A DNA stretch of 59,688 nt, filler included, from Sphacelaria rigidula (taxonomy: Eukaryota), in the NCBI GenBank assembly GCA_964200075.2. It is 10 parts of 10 records of this genome, joined end to end, with 100 filler letters (N's around TTAATTAATTAA, not from the genome) between each part and the next. Parts side by side here need not be neighbours in the genome. Positions count along the whole stretch, not along the records: positions 35,875 to 41,753 come from CAXNAA020023784.1; positions 41,854 to 47,732 come from CAXNAA020023785.1; positions 47,833 to 53,710 come from CAXNAA020023786.1; 7 more parts are not named here. One strand, written 5' to 3'. This document shows positions 36,069 through 48,285 of the stretch, piece after piece. The position numbers and the translations under genes were made by a program. The notes beneath the pieces were generated by a model. The model was given only the letters and a program-made list of their open reading frames with translations. It was not told the origin of the DNA and did no database searches. How positions within the stretch are numbered: position 1 is the stretch's first letter; every line of letters begins with the position of its first letter.

Positions 36069-36584
36069 AGGGGAATGGGGAGACACAAAGACAACGACAC
36101 AGACACACGGCGGACAGGCGAACACAGGCAGGCACAGGCAGACGAACAGGAAGAGATAAAATGTAAGAGGCATAAAACCAGCCGAGACTCTTGTCATCAC
36201 TCCACACCCTGGACAAAAGATTACACTGTCAAAACATGTACTGCGCACAGTATGGGATGTATTATCTATTGCAATAGACGCAATAGCCTATACTGTACGC
36301 AGTACACTTTTTGGCTATGGAATATATAGTCATTATCCAGGTGAAGGGTGACCCACCAAGAGCAGGACCAAGGATCCGTGTCTCAGAAAAAGAAAAGCGC
36401 AACATGTACTCTGTACTGTGTTATCCACGAACGCAAAAAAAAGAAAGGAAAAGCGAAAGAAAGCTGGGGGTGTCTAAGCTTTCAGTACAAACAATGCAGT
36501 GTACATACCGTACACTATACGAAAAAAAAAACAGACAATTAGACAGTCTTTCAGTAGTTTGTTTTGGAAAAAAGGGATGGGAAA

Positions 36585-36620
36585 ACACACACACGCACAC
36601 ACACACACACACACACACAC
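36585..36620. repeat. (CA)n microsatellite
   Basis: Visible directly. Confidence 0.95.
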
Positions 36621-36847
36621 GACGGGTACAGTATAGGAGAGAAATAGAAAGCTTCATTGAAGCCATGTTTTTTCGGGAGGGGTTTGTGGAGAAATAAACA
36701 CACGAACACACGAACACACTACACACACGAACACACACACAAGTATCAGCACAAGAGAAAGCAAATGGTTGAAGACGTATGTGTGCGTTTCCGTCCATCT
36801 GCCCATGTGTGTGTATGTGCGTACGTGTGTGCGCGAGCTACGTTCAC

Positions 36848-36953
36848 CTCAGCCGGTCGCGAAATCTCGTGCTTGATGCGATACTGTTTTGCTTCATCGA
36901 ACCACAGAATCTTGGCATAGGTCCGAGTAAGACCTTTTACCCATGTAGGTGTG
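36848..36953 (-). CDS. Candidate internal exon of an unknown gene (TPTWVKGLTRTYAKILWFDEAKQYRIKHEISRPAE)
   Basis: CTACAG acceptor and GAG/GTGAAC donor; only one open frame; a complex island amid simple-repeat intron-like DNA. Confidence 0.4.
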
Positions 36954-37419
36954 CTGTAGGTGTGTAGTAGGCGTGCTGCTTGCATGCCGCCTGGCGGCTC
37001 GATCAGTACAATGCTTCAACTGATTCGGTTTTTAAAAAAAAAACACTACCGTGAACATGTCCGCTTGGAGCATGATATCATGCAGCAGTGCTGGGATATA
37101 TTTTGGCGCCGTCTTTCTCGACGGGATACACGAAGAGAAGCCCACCACTACTACTACCATATACTACCAACCCGATTGCTTCCTACCCCTATTTGTTTTT
37201 AGACAAGACGCCCATAGTATTGTAACCAGTGATTATTGCGATATTTTGTTTGTTTGTTGGTTTGTTTGTGTGCTGACAATCCCGCGCGTTTTTTAATGAC
37301 GCTTTTTTTTTTGTAGGCGTTGCTTACCATGGTTGAGCAAGTAAGGTTTAAGGTCGTGTTCTGTGGGGTATACGCGGAAGTGGGAGGATTTTTGGTTGAC
37401 ATTCTAAGCCATACCGGAA

Positions 37420-37751
37420 TTTATTATTTATTTTTATTCATTTATCGACCTTTGAACCCCTCCCCTTCCTCGTGATGGGTCGGTGGTTTCAAGGGATCAA
37501 CCCCTCTATCTCATCTCTCCCCCGGTACACGCCTTGCATCTTGGTTTCGCGGATTGGATTATGACCAGCACTCCCGTACCGCGTCCACTCACGCCGAACA
37601 AACTCAGGTCCCTACTGTGTTTACTCACGTTCTGACGTTTTCCACGGCAGAAATCAGTAACTACGAGAAAAAAACACATCGCAGCATCCGGAATCGAGCC
37701 CTCGTTCTCTCCGCCCGCATGGCGACAGTCGGGCCATTACACTACTGGGGC
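37420..37751 (-). mobile_element. tRNA-derived SINE, copy 2
   Basis: Reverse complement reads CCCCAGTAGTGTAATGGCCCGACTGTCGCCAT..GGAGAGAACGAGGGCTCGATTCC; body is colinear with 30471-30769; (TAAA)-like tail. Confidence 0.82.
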
Positions 37752-38747
37752 GCAGCGGTAATGTGTGCCGAAAATTCCGGTATGATTCGGCGGGGTATCA
37801 AGCCCGGTTCCGAACACTCCGTTATGGTTCGGAAGCATATTTGCCGACAAAATACATCTCTTGTAACACTTTTGTAAATTACTGTACCCGAATTTCACCC
37901 GGTATATCCTCTAGAACACAACCTTTATGGGTTTTTGTGTATCTGTCCATCCATCATTTCTGCTGTGTGTGCTTGTTGTTGTTGTTGTTGTTGTTGTCGT
38001 CGTCGTCGTCGTCTTCGCATTAAAGAAGCCATTCCGATATCTGCGCAGTACTCTGTACTGGGCATCTGATGCGGACGCCTTCCGTGGCCACAGGCAAACT
38101 ACCCCAAGCTAGCTCTAGGGTGAAAAAAAATCATGAAAAAAAATCTGACCCAGAAACAATTCACACAGACGCAACATGAAATATATAAGTAAAATAAAAT
38201 ATAACTAACAAGCACACACAGCTGTGTGTGCGTGGGTGATACATTGATATGTTTGTACATGTATGGCCATCAGTACAGCTGCCGCGATCGTGGCCGCTCT
38301 TGTTTCGCACTACAAAAAGAGGACAACAGGCTGCGAACCGCTGGCGTTTGCACGAATAAAATATGACGTACGGCATATGCCTGCAAACAGACATTCTTCA
38401 CTTGTCTCTTCATCGAGAAAAACTATTCCGACCGTCCCCCCCTCCCCCTCCCCCTCCCAACAAAAAAGGGGTGAAGGGGGTTATTAAAGAGAAAACGAAC
38501 GATGAAAGCTCCAACGAGTCAACACGGTGTCTCCTTGTTTATCAATCGGTTCGTTTCTTTTTTATTATATTTTAATTTTATCTGACAATGATTGCTTTGA
38601 AAGTTCAAACACCCTTCATTCGGCTGACGAGAAACGAATTTTACACCGTTCTACTCACCATCAACTCTGAAAGTCTTGCCTCCTCCTCATCGTCACGCTC
38701 GTCTTTTTTGCCCATTTACAGTAGCTAGCTATTATACTTCACTCATC

Positions 38748-38782
<35 letters not shown>

Positions 38783-38934
38783 ACACCCCACTACAAAAAA
38801 AAAAACAAAAAAACTCGAACACAAAAAAAAACCNNNNNNNNNNTCCCTCCTCCTCACCGTCCCGCTCTGCTTTTTTTCCCATTTACAGTAGCTAGCTATT
38901 ATACTTCACTCATCCCCCCCCCCCCCCCCTCCTC

Positions 38935-38997
38935 CTCCGTCTCGAAAGAGATGCGTGATCAATAGTGAAACGACTAAAGCGAGCAACAAATGAGTAC
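38935..38997 (+). mobile_element. 5'-truncated LINE 3' end flanked by C tracts
   Basis: CTCCGTCTCGAAAGAGATGCGTGATCAATAGT...GCAACAAATGAGTAC, with CCCCCCCTCC on both sides. Confidence 0.8.
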
Positions 38998-39668
38998 CCC
39001 CCCTCCCCCACTTGCCCTTCCCGTGCCCAAAAGCAACAATCGGTATTTCGTACTGTGCTATGTGCTACTATTAAAACTAATAAAAATCCAAAACAGAATA
39101 TATATATATACACTCAAGTTTTTCTCCAACGGATTCCCCGAGAGGCTGGTTTCCATGCTGTACGTAACAGGGTTATTCACACGCTCAAAATGAAAAGCTG
39201 CTTCGAGCAGACAATCACTTTGCTCCCCCGGAAGATTGACTAAAGTAGTGCGAGCGCTGCATCTAAGCTCAAGCTTTATAGTCTGGATCTGTGGATATGT
39301 GGCGCGGTAGTGTAGAGCAGGAACCTCAGGAACGTCAAGAACGTGTTCCCCTCCTTTCAACTACGTCATCTTAATGAAAATCCTTCGAGAACTCGCCTCG
39401 CGATGTACGCTCTTCACATCCATCCAAGCCTAAGAACAACACATCATGCTTTCAAGTGAGTATGATGCTGATTCACCAGCTACTACTACCGTATAGCAGA
39501 TGGATGCGCACAGTTGTTGATGACAGGATCAAAACCAACCCCGCTTGTTGTTGGTTGGTTTCGCTTCGATATTTCTTTCGTTTTTTGAGGGCGCGCGCGG
39601 GGGGGGGAAGGGTGAGAAGGGGGAGGGGGAAGGGGGGGGGGAGTACGTTGTCAAATATGCACACCTAC

Positions 39669-39857
39669 CTTTATCTCCCAGAATGCGTCCTTCACCGGGC
39701 GGTCCAGCGTGAAGCCCATGGATAGCTCCAGCCGCTCCTCAACTGGACATTCGCTGGGACCGCAATCGCAGGTCAGCAGTTCCAGTTGGGCAACGCCGTC
39801 TCCTTTTCCTCGACCATCGTTCCCTTTGCGTTGGTTGTCGCTATCGTCTTGCTCTCT
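39669..39857 (-). CDS. Candidate phase-0 exon (REQDDSDNQRKGNDGRGKGDGVAQLELLTCDCGPSECPVEERLELSMGFTLDRPVKDAFWEIK), possibly ASF1-like
   Basis: CCAG acceptor, AAG/GTAGGT donor, 189 nt fully open. The hydrophobic pattern resembles the ASF1 N-terminus (V....V..NP..F.DP..FEITF....L..DLEWK..Y), but this is unconfirmed. Confidence 0.55.
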
Positions 39858-40519
39858 CTGGTCGAATTATCATTATAATAACAAACATCGTCGATAATAA
39901 TAACAGCAGCAGCAGCAGCAGCAGCAGAGAACAACGACAACAGCAAGCAACGAGATGAAGAACAGCATGTGACGAAAGTATGCCGTGACGTTGGGTTGAT
40001 AGTGATGATCTGGATGATGGATTCTGGAGGATTCTGGGAGGATTCTGGATAATGACCGGGGACACGGGGATGATAACCTGCGGGTCTATGAGGCTGTGCG
40101 TACAAGGGCACTCCGGGTAATGAAATGTTGCAAGGGTCGGACAAAATAATGATTCGTCTGTAAATTACTTGGTTTTAGTATAATTGATTCGAATCGTACG
40201 AATCAATCAATCCCTCGGCTTCGTTTTCAGCATTGCAACCCAGGTACACGCAGCCCAGACACGTGGAATGGCGCAACAGTTGCGTGGATACCCCTTGGAC
40301 CAGCGGTCAACTTTTTTCTCCCTTTCGGGCAATCAGGCCGAAGAAATCGTGAATTTGGTGATTTTGAGTGGTGATGATTCGTCCTAACCGTGAAATGTTG
40401 TCAAGGCTGACAACTGAGACTACCGACAGTGCTACTGGGGAGTCTCTCAAACAGCAGTGATCCAGCAGTTGTCTTCTGGCTGGCGTCACAAGCAGCAACG
40501 ACAACAGCATTGCCTATAA

Positions 40520-40627
40520 ATATTAGACCGGGAAGGTTAGTCCATCTGGATCAAATCATACAAAAAAATCAAAGTGAATATCGATGCCGATTCAACAGAC
40601 TACCTACCTACTCTCGCCGCCTGACGG
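40520..40627. mobile_element. Degenerate copy of the ~100-bp piggyBac MITE
   Basis: TTAGACCG..AAGG.TAGTC..TCTGGA...GATGCCGATTCAACAGA..ACCTACTCTCGC...CGG|TTAA aligns with 10785-10882. Confidence 0.72.
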
Positions 40628-41185
40628 TTAAGGGATGGGGGCCGGTTCCGCTGCAGGTTGCAAAACACATGCGGCGGGAGTCGACTCGTGGTCGTTGCAC
40701 CATCGTAGGGACGGTCAAGTGAGTACGAGCTGGGCCAGCTGAAAGTGATTTTTGAATGTTTCCGGGACCGACCGTGGGTAATTTGAGAAATTGGGCGCTG
40801 AAATTTTGGCACGACATTCTTATCATCAATACGCACAACATGACGCGGGATGCAAAGGAAGAAAAAAAACATAAAGTTAGAGCGATTTGAAGTTTCTGTA
40901 AAAACTGCAACAATGATAAATGCATCGGCATCCCTCGTGTTGTTGTGCGTACTTGTGTGCAGAAAAACCTGGTGCAATTTCGATCAAAGATTTCCGAAAT
41001 TGGGCCCAGCGTGGTACTTTTTGGTGTGACACCGCTGCCCCCCTTTAATCCAAGTGATATAGGAGACTCCAGTTATGGAGGTCACGAGTTCAAATCCCGA
41101 CATGTTACTTTTTTTGTTCCGTCGGTAAGGTCATACATTATGCAGTACATTCCTTATTTCATTTTTTTGTCCTTCATTCAGCGCG

Positions 41186-41320
41186 GGAGGTGGGCGAGGG
41201 ATGCCTGCGAGAGGAGGTGGGCGTGGGGTGCCTGCTACACATGGTGGGAACGTGGTGCCTGCGGGAGAAGGTGGGCGTAGGGTACCTGCAGGAGGTAGGC
41301 GTGGGGTGTCTGCGAGAGGG
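41186..41320. repeat. 27-bp GC-rich minisatellite (GGAGGTGGGCGTGGGGTGCCTGCGAGA), ~5 copies
   Basis: Tandem units are visible. Confidence 0.8.
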
Positions 41321-41711
41321 ACGTGGAAGTGACCTCTCGGGACGTGGAAGGGTTGCGCCGACTACACAATTTAGCCGCGGTGGAATTGCTACAGGAGGTG
41401 GACGTGAAGGCGGTACGTCCACGACAGTAGGTACCCCAGGTCGCCGGGCAAATCAGCGCGTACGTGAGGGTGCCCCGCCCTCGCCACCTTCGAAACGCAC
41501 CCTGGGAGCGACTGCTGCTGCTGCATCATCTACATGAGCTGTGCGGCAGCGTTTGCAAGCTTTCGATTTTTACAATGCCGTCTGCGGTAGATTTGGCGAA
41601 GTTTCGCTGATCGGTTTGCTCAGTTTCGTTCTCGCTGCTCGAGCTGCGTCTGCCGTTCTCGTAGTCATTGTCGATTTTGGTGAAACGCTTGTGTTGGGGG
41701 GAAGGGGGGGG

Positions 41712-41753
41712 CGTACTCATTGGTTGTTTGCCTTATTCGTTTGACCATTGACC
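41712..41753 (-). mobile_element. LINE 3' end after a G tract, cut by the contig end
   Basis: CGTACTCATTGGTTGTTTGCCTTATTCGTTTGACCATTGACC. Confidence 0.78.
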
Positions 41754-41853
41754 NNNNNNNNNNNNNNNNNNNNNNNNNNNNNNNNNNNNNNNNNNNNTTA
41801 ATTAATTAANNNNNNNNNNNNNNNNNNNNNNNNNNNNNNNNNNNNNNNNNNNN
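41754..41853. other. Artificial contig linker
   Basis: 44 N + TTAATTAATTAA + 44 N. Confidence 0.98.
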
Positions 41854-42449
41854 CATAAGACCATTGACCTCGCATCCCTACAAAGCCGGGACGGAGCACG
41901 CCGGGTTTTCGCCGGACGAGGCTCGCACGGGGTGGGGGGGGCATTCAGTCTGCCGTCCCCTAGTTTATTGCCGAAGCGCTGGCGGGTTCGGTCAGCTGCC
42001 GTTTACAGAGATCCTTGGCATGAAGACCGATGAGATGGCGGACACGTTTCCCCCCCAAGCTCATCACTTACCATGATTACGTTTATGGGATCATGTTCCG
42101 TGTCGTGGACCTCGAGTACCCACCAGTAGTCCGGGCAAGTTTGGCGAGGCGTGAGAAAAAGTTACTACTTTCGCTGCTGGCTGTCGCTACCGTGCGCTGG
42201 TGTGCAAACATGAGTGTAAGGGTGGCCGGCGTAAGAGGTCATCGGGACAGTAGAGGGTGGGCAAGGAGCAGAAGCAAATATACGAACCTCGCAAAGCCCA
42301 CCAGACTTTCCGGTTTTCGTCAGTGTTTCTTGATAAATTCCTTCAATAATATTAACAAAAAAATAATGACAATTTTCGAAAAATTGCCCTCTCCGGAGGG
42401 GGGGGGGAAGGGGGACCGTGTCCGAAAATCTTCTCTCGACAGACCCTTG

Positions 42450-43110
42450 GAGCTCCTGGAGCAAATATTGTCGACGACGTTTGTTTGGCCGGGTGATGAC
42501 CCCATCTTCCAGCTCGAGTGTAATCAATTGCACTCATTGGGCAACGGGGCGCAGCTGACATAGAGAATGTGCCAAACGGAGCCGTCTATCATGGTTGGGT
42601 TAGTTCTATGCCGCACCTTAGTCATCGACGCTTGCGTCCGCGTGCAGTTGAAAGGGGCGAGAGCCATCTTGTATCGCATCCCAATCAGTCAACATGGTAC
42701 CGTTTTTAACAATCCGCGTACGGTACTATCCATCTCGGTGTAAAAGCGAATGTCACACCTTTCGTCAGCAGCGCTGGAATACATTGGAGCGGATATTTTG
42801 GACAACTTTGATGAGAATTCGCGGTTGTTGGAGAGTCCGCCCAAAAGGAAACGCAGTTGAGAAGTGCCGGTAGGCATCGGAAGATCGGCCATCATTGCCT
42901 GCACCTTGTTCGTGCCCGGGAGGCCAGCCGGGAGAACGGAATGCCCTATTAATGTCTAGGCCAGTGACGCCAACAAGGCGGGCTATGGAGTGAGACAGTT
43001 TTAAACCGTGCGTCCGTAAACAGCAGATGGATTATTTTCGAGTGCGTACTTGTGCAGCCGGGAAGGCATCGCCAGCGATGGCATAATCGAACTATAGGAC
43101 ATGATATATC
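42450..43110 (-). mobile_element. Ty3/Gypsy RT-RNase H remnant, decayed
   Basis: LRTHGLKLS..ARL, GHSVLPAG..NKVQAMMADLPMPTGTSQLRFLLGGLS..R.F, DWDAIQDGSRPFQLHADAS, TLELEDGVI...KRRRQYL. Confidence 0.85.
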
Positions 43111-45968
43111 GAACACCCACATGCAAACCGAACACCACAGAAGATGTCGTACTCCGTGATTACATGAGTTTTGACTGTGAAGTCACTCGCATCTTAGACT
43201 GTATAACACAGATCTCTGTGGTGCAAAGAAACTGTGATGACCACGCACAATGCTGCATTCAGCGTTTTTTTGCCGATCAAAGCTAGCGATCAACGGGTGT
43301 GACAGGCTCTGGTAAACCTGCACGCCGCCACTGGGCCATACATCCCATTTTTTCATTGATTCGTTGGTTGATTTTTGACCGATTGCTTATCGCACTTTAA
43401 ATGATCCCCTAGCAGTCTAGCCGTGGTGACGTGATAGGCTTACCCGAGACAAAAAAACTGAAACACTTGCTGAAGAAAACTGAAGCGAAGAAAAACTTTG
43501 GCTGTTGCACATTAACTCATATTAGCTCATCACACAGGATATACAGAATATACAATAGGCTGCAGTAGTTTATATTTGCTGAATCCAAGCTGTGGGGCCA
43601 ACTCTTTGTACCACTAGAATGTTGTTCTTTACATGACCTACAGAGCAAACGAAAGGTGGAATCGTTGGCCCTGTCATAGTTTGTACTCTCTATACCCAGT
43701 ACAGGAGTACAAGCGTATCGTGCAGTTTTGCGGCAGACGTGTTTGGCGTCTGCCACCTTCCCCAACTCTCAACGCGACGAGCTCCCTCTTGGGCAGGGCA
43801 CTGTTGTGGGAGGGTGAATCTCACCGCTACGGTTCCATGGGTGTTGGGTTCTCTTTGTGTCAAAGCAGGTGGGCCACTTTTGCTGCTGCTGCTGCTGCTG
43901 CTACTTAGTCAATGTGTGCAGTTTGCTTCATCTACGCTACTACTTTTCGTATACAAAACGCCCAACGTAAAGTTCGCGGACGAAGCAGTCCGGCCGGACT
44001 CTTGATGCGGGGCAGCCCAACTTTTGGAGAAGTCCCATTGCTACGGTTCCACGGCCATTGTTTCTCGTATTCCAGATTACTGCTGCTGCTGCTGCAGCAG
44101 CAGCAAGGAGGTGTGTGTCACCAGCTCCATGCCGTCTGTATACAATGCACGGCTATTCTGTACCGCTCACGCTGACTACGTGTTGTGTTGTGAAGCGCAG
44201 CGCTGCTTCGCCGTCTCAGAAGAATTTTTCGACGGCTGGCCTGAGTGAAAGAGTTTGCATGCGAATACTGGCATGGCTTCCGTCTAGACAACTGACTGCT
44301 TGCATCTGGTTGTATAAAGGAGATATGCTTACACACAGGAATATACACGAATACAGACACAGGCACAAGCAGCAGCCTGTCGCCGTTGAAATCCCGTCAA
44401 TTTCACTAGAAATAAATCCGCGGCGTTGAGCGCGCACCAGTAGTGGAAGAAGGTCGCAGAAATGGCGCGCGACAGGTTCACGACCTGATGGACGTTTTTG
44501 TCTGCGAAGACTGGTCGGCTGAGCGAGCAACAGACTCAAGCGATACAACATAACGAAAGGTATCTTCATCGCCGGTCAGCGGCGAAGATCACCTTCAGAA
44601 AATCTTGATACAAATATTGTGCCCAAAACAAATCTTGTGAAAGGGTGAAGTGATGTAGAGAACTCATGAAGGGGGAGGGTTGGTCATAAGTAGTGCAAAG
44701 AGCCCGACCTACGCTCCTCAGTTCGCTGTGCAATCAACACCCGCGACCAGTCGCAACTAACTGCGATTCATCGTCTTCTTTTTGCATTGACAGCTCGAGC
44801 CGGATCACAATGGCATGGTGAACTACGTTGAGTATATAAACATGGTGAGTGATGCACATGCAATTGTCTTCTGAAGAGGATGTTGAGAAAGTGGCTGATA
44901 TGCCGTACGTGAGGGGCCTTCGTGCGGGATAAATGACGTACCGCACACGATCACGATTACAATATATACGCCCTCAAGCCGCTGCCCTACGGTACTCATG
45001 AGTGGTCAGCCGTCTTTCTTCTCCCATTTTCTCCGTTTATTTGTTTTTATCTCCTCTCCCCCCCCCCCCCCCCCAACTTTTTTCTTTAGCGAGCGATTCT
45101 GTTTTGTTTATTTTGGGAACGTCTATGTTGTGACCACGGCTGCGTCCCTCAGGGAGCAGTTGATGTGGGACAAATGATCATTCAGCCAGAACAGCATACT
45201 TTGAAATTCGCTCTAAATGTGCACTGATCGAGCGTCAAGAACACCGACAAAAATATCGCCATCTACTGAATGTTCAAGGTGTATATTCTCGATATGCTCG
45301 CAACTGATGTGTAGCGCATTTGAAACATGGACGCAAGAGCAAATAGCGGCAACTGACGCACAGTATTCGTGCCGGTCCAAACCCAACAGATGATGAACGA
45401 CTGACACGGCAGAGAAAACGGCGTGTGCGAAATCAGGCAGGAGTATGGCTCATCGGCTACGACTTCCACAGCTCTGAGTCGTCCATTCGATTGGAGGTCT
45501 CCACAGCATGTACTAACCTTGTCGCCAGATCGAGTGTCCAGCATTCTATTAAAACTGACTTGTCTGAAAAAAATCATTGAGAAAAATCGTTCGCCCGAAC
45601 TTTCCTCACTGGCTTTTTTTCAGTGTACAGGAACGGCCCGAGAGCGAGTTTCATGTTTCCATCGGACTTGACCATTTTTTTCATCTTGTTTTTCGCCTGC
45701 AACAATGTCGTGTGCTTACAACCACACGTCGATATCTCACTCAGGGATATCATAGTCTTGAGCGGCAAGCTACTACAGAAAGTATGTAAGACATGTATAA
45801 GGCCTTGGCGGGCATTTCGGTCATTAAACTGTTTCAGGAATTCATCGACCATTTCGAAATAAATGAAGTCGTACAGTTCTGCTGATTTCAGCGCTATATA
45901 TATATATAACAAATATCCATTTTATCTTTTTCGCCGTTGACGAGCCTTGGATGCAGGTGCACTTTTTT

Positions 45969-46390
45969 CACTTGATTTTAGAGTACGGCTAAACGGGGTC
46001 ATTCCGTCGTTCCCATAAGCTCTGACAGGCCAGCATTTGCTCACACTTGGTTTTAGAGTACGGCGAAACGGTGTCATTCGGTCGTTCTCAGAAGCTCACA
46101 GAGGCGAGCATATGCTCTTACTTGATTTTAGAGTGCAGCGAAACGGGGTCATTTCGTTCTCTCAAGCTCTGACAAAGCAGCATTGCATGATTCCCCTTCA
46201 GGAGGTTTCGGGAGCATCGCTTCCACGGCAGTGCTCTGCATGGTGTTTTCCGCCTTCTTTCCTCGCCATGGCGGTAGACCCTTCGTGCGTCCATGTCACA
46301 CCGCACACAGGACTGTCAGAATCGTTCCCAGAGGCTCTGAGACAGGTGCACTTTTTAACTTGCTTTTGGACTAGGGCGAAACGGGGTCTC
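45969..46390. repeat. 75-bp tandem repeat (3 copies plus one detached)
   Basis: ACTTG.TTTTAGAGT.C.GC.AAACGG.GTCATT at ~45970, 46045, 46120 and ~46358. Confidence 0.85.
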
Positions 46391-47059
46391 TTTGTGACCC
46401 TTTGACCGTCGGAGATGCCACCTCTTACCGTATACAGGTCACTTGAAAATTGAATCAGAATCATGCTCAGTTGGATGGGTTGTGCGAAACGGCTCTCCGT
46501 CCAATCTCGGCGCACACGGGAAGCATTTTGTGATCTTGCCCGCATGTCGAATCGTCTCGACTGTACTTCCCTCTTCCTATCTCTGGACTACTGTCGTTGT
46601 TGCTGCTGCTTCTGCTCTGCCATACATGCGTATTTTCGTCATGAGGTGCCGGCTTCCATTTTTCATATTTTAGTCAGCAGACGGTCGCTCTGGTGACTCA
46701 GATGGTAACCCCCAAACCTCATGACGGTTGGGTCGTCTGTTCGAACCTCAGTGCAGTCACACGATCTGGAATTTTATCTCACACCATGTTCAGCAGTGGA
46801 CGGCGACCACAATGTTTACGTGAGATTAAGAGTAGAGCACTGATTGAGAGTGGCTTTGACCACTCGCTTCAACGATGCCGGTTTTTCATTCCGTGCGTGT
46901 TTTTGTTCGCCTCCAGCACTGACGTGTGCATACAGCTAAACGTCGATAGCTTGCTCAGGGGTAACAAGGGTCTCAGTAACTGCCGAGTTTAAATTTTGGG
47001 GTTGAAACAAAAACTGAGGTTTAAGCCCCATTTCTCTATTGCAGGGAAGGTACGAAAGA

Positions 47060-47540
47060 GTGAGACAGAGCGAAAGTATCTTCCTTCCCAAACCTCCGCA
47101 GCAGGAGTTAACCGTTAGATCGCGAGAGTAGGTCACCTGCTGAATCGGCATCAATATTCACTCGAAAAAAGTACACGTGGTCCAGATGGACTCCAGGCAT
47201 CGCGGTCCAAGGGTTAAGCAACTCTGGCTAGGTGCACCCAACGAAATGCGGTGTACACGTGTCGATGATGATACCACCAAAGAGAGAAGCAACGACAGAG
47301 AGGAAGCTCCTCGCCCGTGCCCTTTGTGTGTGCCCGCTCGGCGATTACCAAACTCTCGAGAGACTGGCATCCTTGATCTTACCAGCATGTGCCAAATTGC
47401 TCATATGCCAGAGCATCGACGTGCGGAGAAATTCCGTGGTCTCTTCTTGCCTGTCGCCAACGCGAACATCGATTTCTCTCTGCCTCTCCTTTTGGACAGG
47501 ACGTGCCTCTGTGCGCTTAGAACATGTTGAAAAAATAGGG
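47060..47540 (+). repeat. Dispersed repeat, also present at 53180-53550
   Basis: GGCTAGGTGCACC.AACGAA.TGCGGTGTACACG...AACGACAGAGAGGAAG.TCCTCGCCCGTG...CTCGAGAGACTGGCATC...ATCGATTTCTCTCTGCCTCTC is shared. Confidence 0.85.
47112..47213. mobile_element. 102-bp piggyBac MITE with TTAA TSD (reverse orientation)
   Basis: TTAA|CCGTTAGATCGCGAGAGTAGGTCA...GCGGTCCAAGGG|TTAA. Absent from the paralogous repeat at ~53225. Confidence 0.85.
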
Positions 47541-47732
47541 CAATGTTCCCGTCACCGCTACTACTCTTCTCTGTCACACACATATGCCAGCAAGGACGGT
47601 GCTGCGGCAATAACAGATAGATCCAATCTGAACTTAGGGGGGTGTTATTAATCATTGAGTTTACCCACACCTCCCCAGCTGATGGTGATACATCCATGAG
47701 GCAGTGTATAAGCCATGGCTGTCTCTGGAAGT

Positions 47733-47832
47733 NNNNNNNNNNNNNNNNNNNNNNNNNNNNNNNNNNNNNNNNNNNNTTAATTAATTAANNNNNNNNNNNN
47801 NNNNNNNNNNNNNNNNNNNNNNNNNNNNNNNN
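47733..47832. other. Artificial contig linker
   Basis: 44 N + TTAATTAATTAA + 44 N. Confidence 0.98.
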
Positions 47833-48057
47833 CGCTTCATTCACTGATTGACGGCTTTCCACTCTCAATCGTATCATCTACTCTCAATCTCACGAAAACA
47901 CTGTTTGATAGACGCCAGCGGACAGGACCGACATATAGCTCGAACCCCAACACCAGAAATGGTACCTTCACTTCGGATCGCATAGACCCATGACGTGCCA
48001 AGGCCGACGTTCTAAAGTCTTCCGCGCCGCCGATAGCACTTGCGAAGACTTTTTGAC

Positions 48058-48285
48058 CACAGCCCGCGGAGCCCGTGACTAAGATTGCTCACCCGCCTCC
48101 CCCGGCACTGTGCAGGAGCATAACTGACGGCCGTTCAAATCGACCCCCGCCTCCACCCTCCACACACCTTTCAACACAGCCCGTAGAGCCGGCGACTAAG
48201 ATTGCTTGACCGGCTCCCCCAGCACTATGCAGGGGCGTCACTGACGGTCGTGTATATCGACCCCCGTCTCCACTCCTCCATACCC
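48058..48285. repeat. ~118-bp tandem duplication upstream of Gypsy pol
   Basis: CACAGCCCG.GGAGCC.G.GACTAAGATTGCT...ACTGACGG.CGT...ATCGACCCCCG occurs twice. Confidence 0.85.

Noticed and set aside
35819..36329. Low-complexity ORFs (SVSVSV, CLCLCL, QRQRQR)
   Set aside because: Translations of microsatellites and N runs.
38700..38930. Direct duplication around the 10-N gap
   Set aside because: The same flank on either side of a scaffold gap at a poly(C) tract is most likely an assembly overlap artefact.
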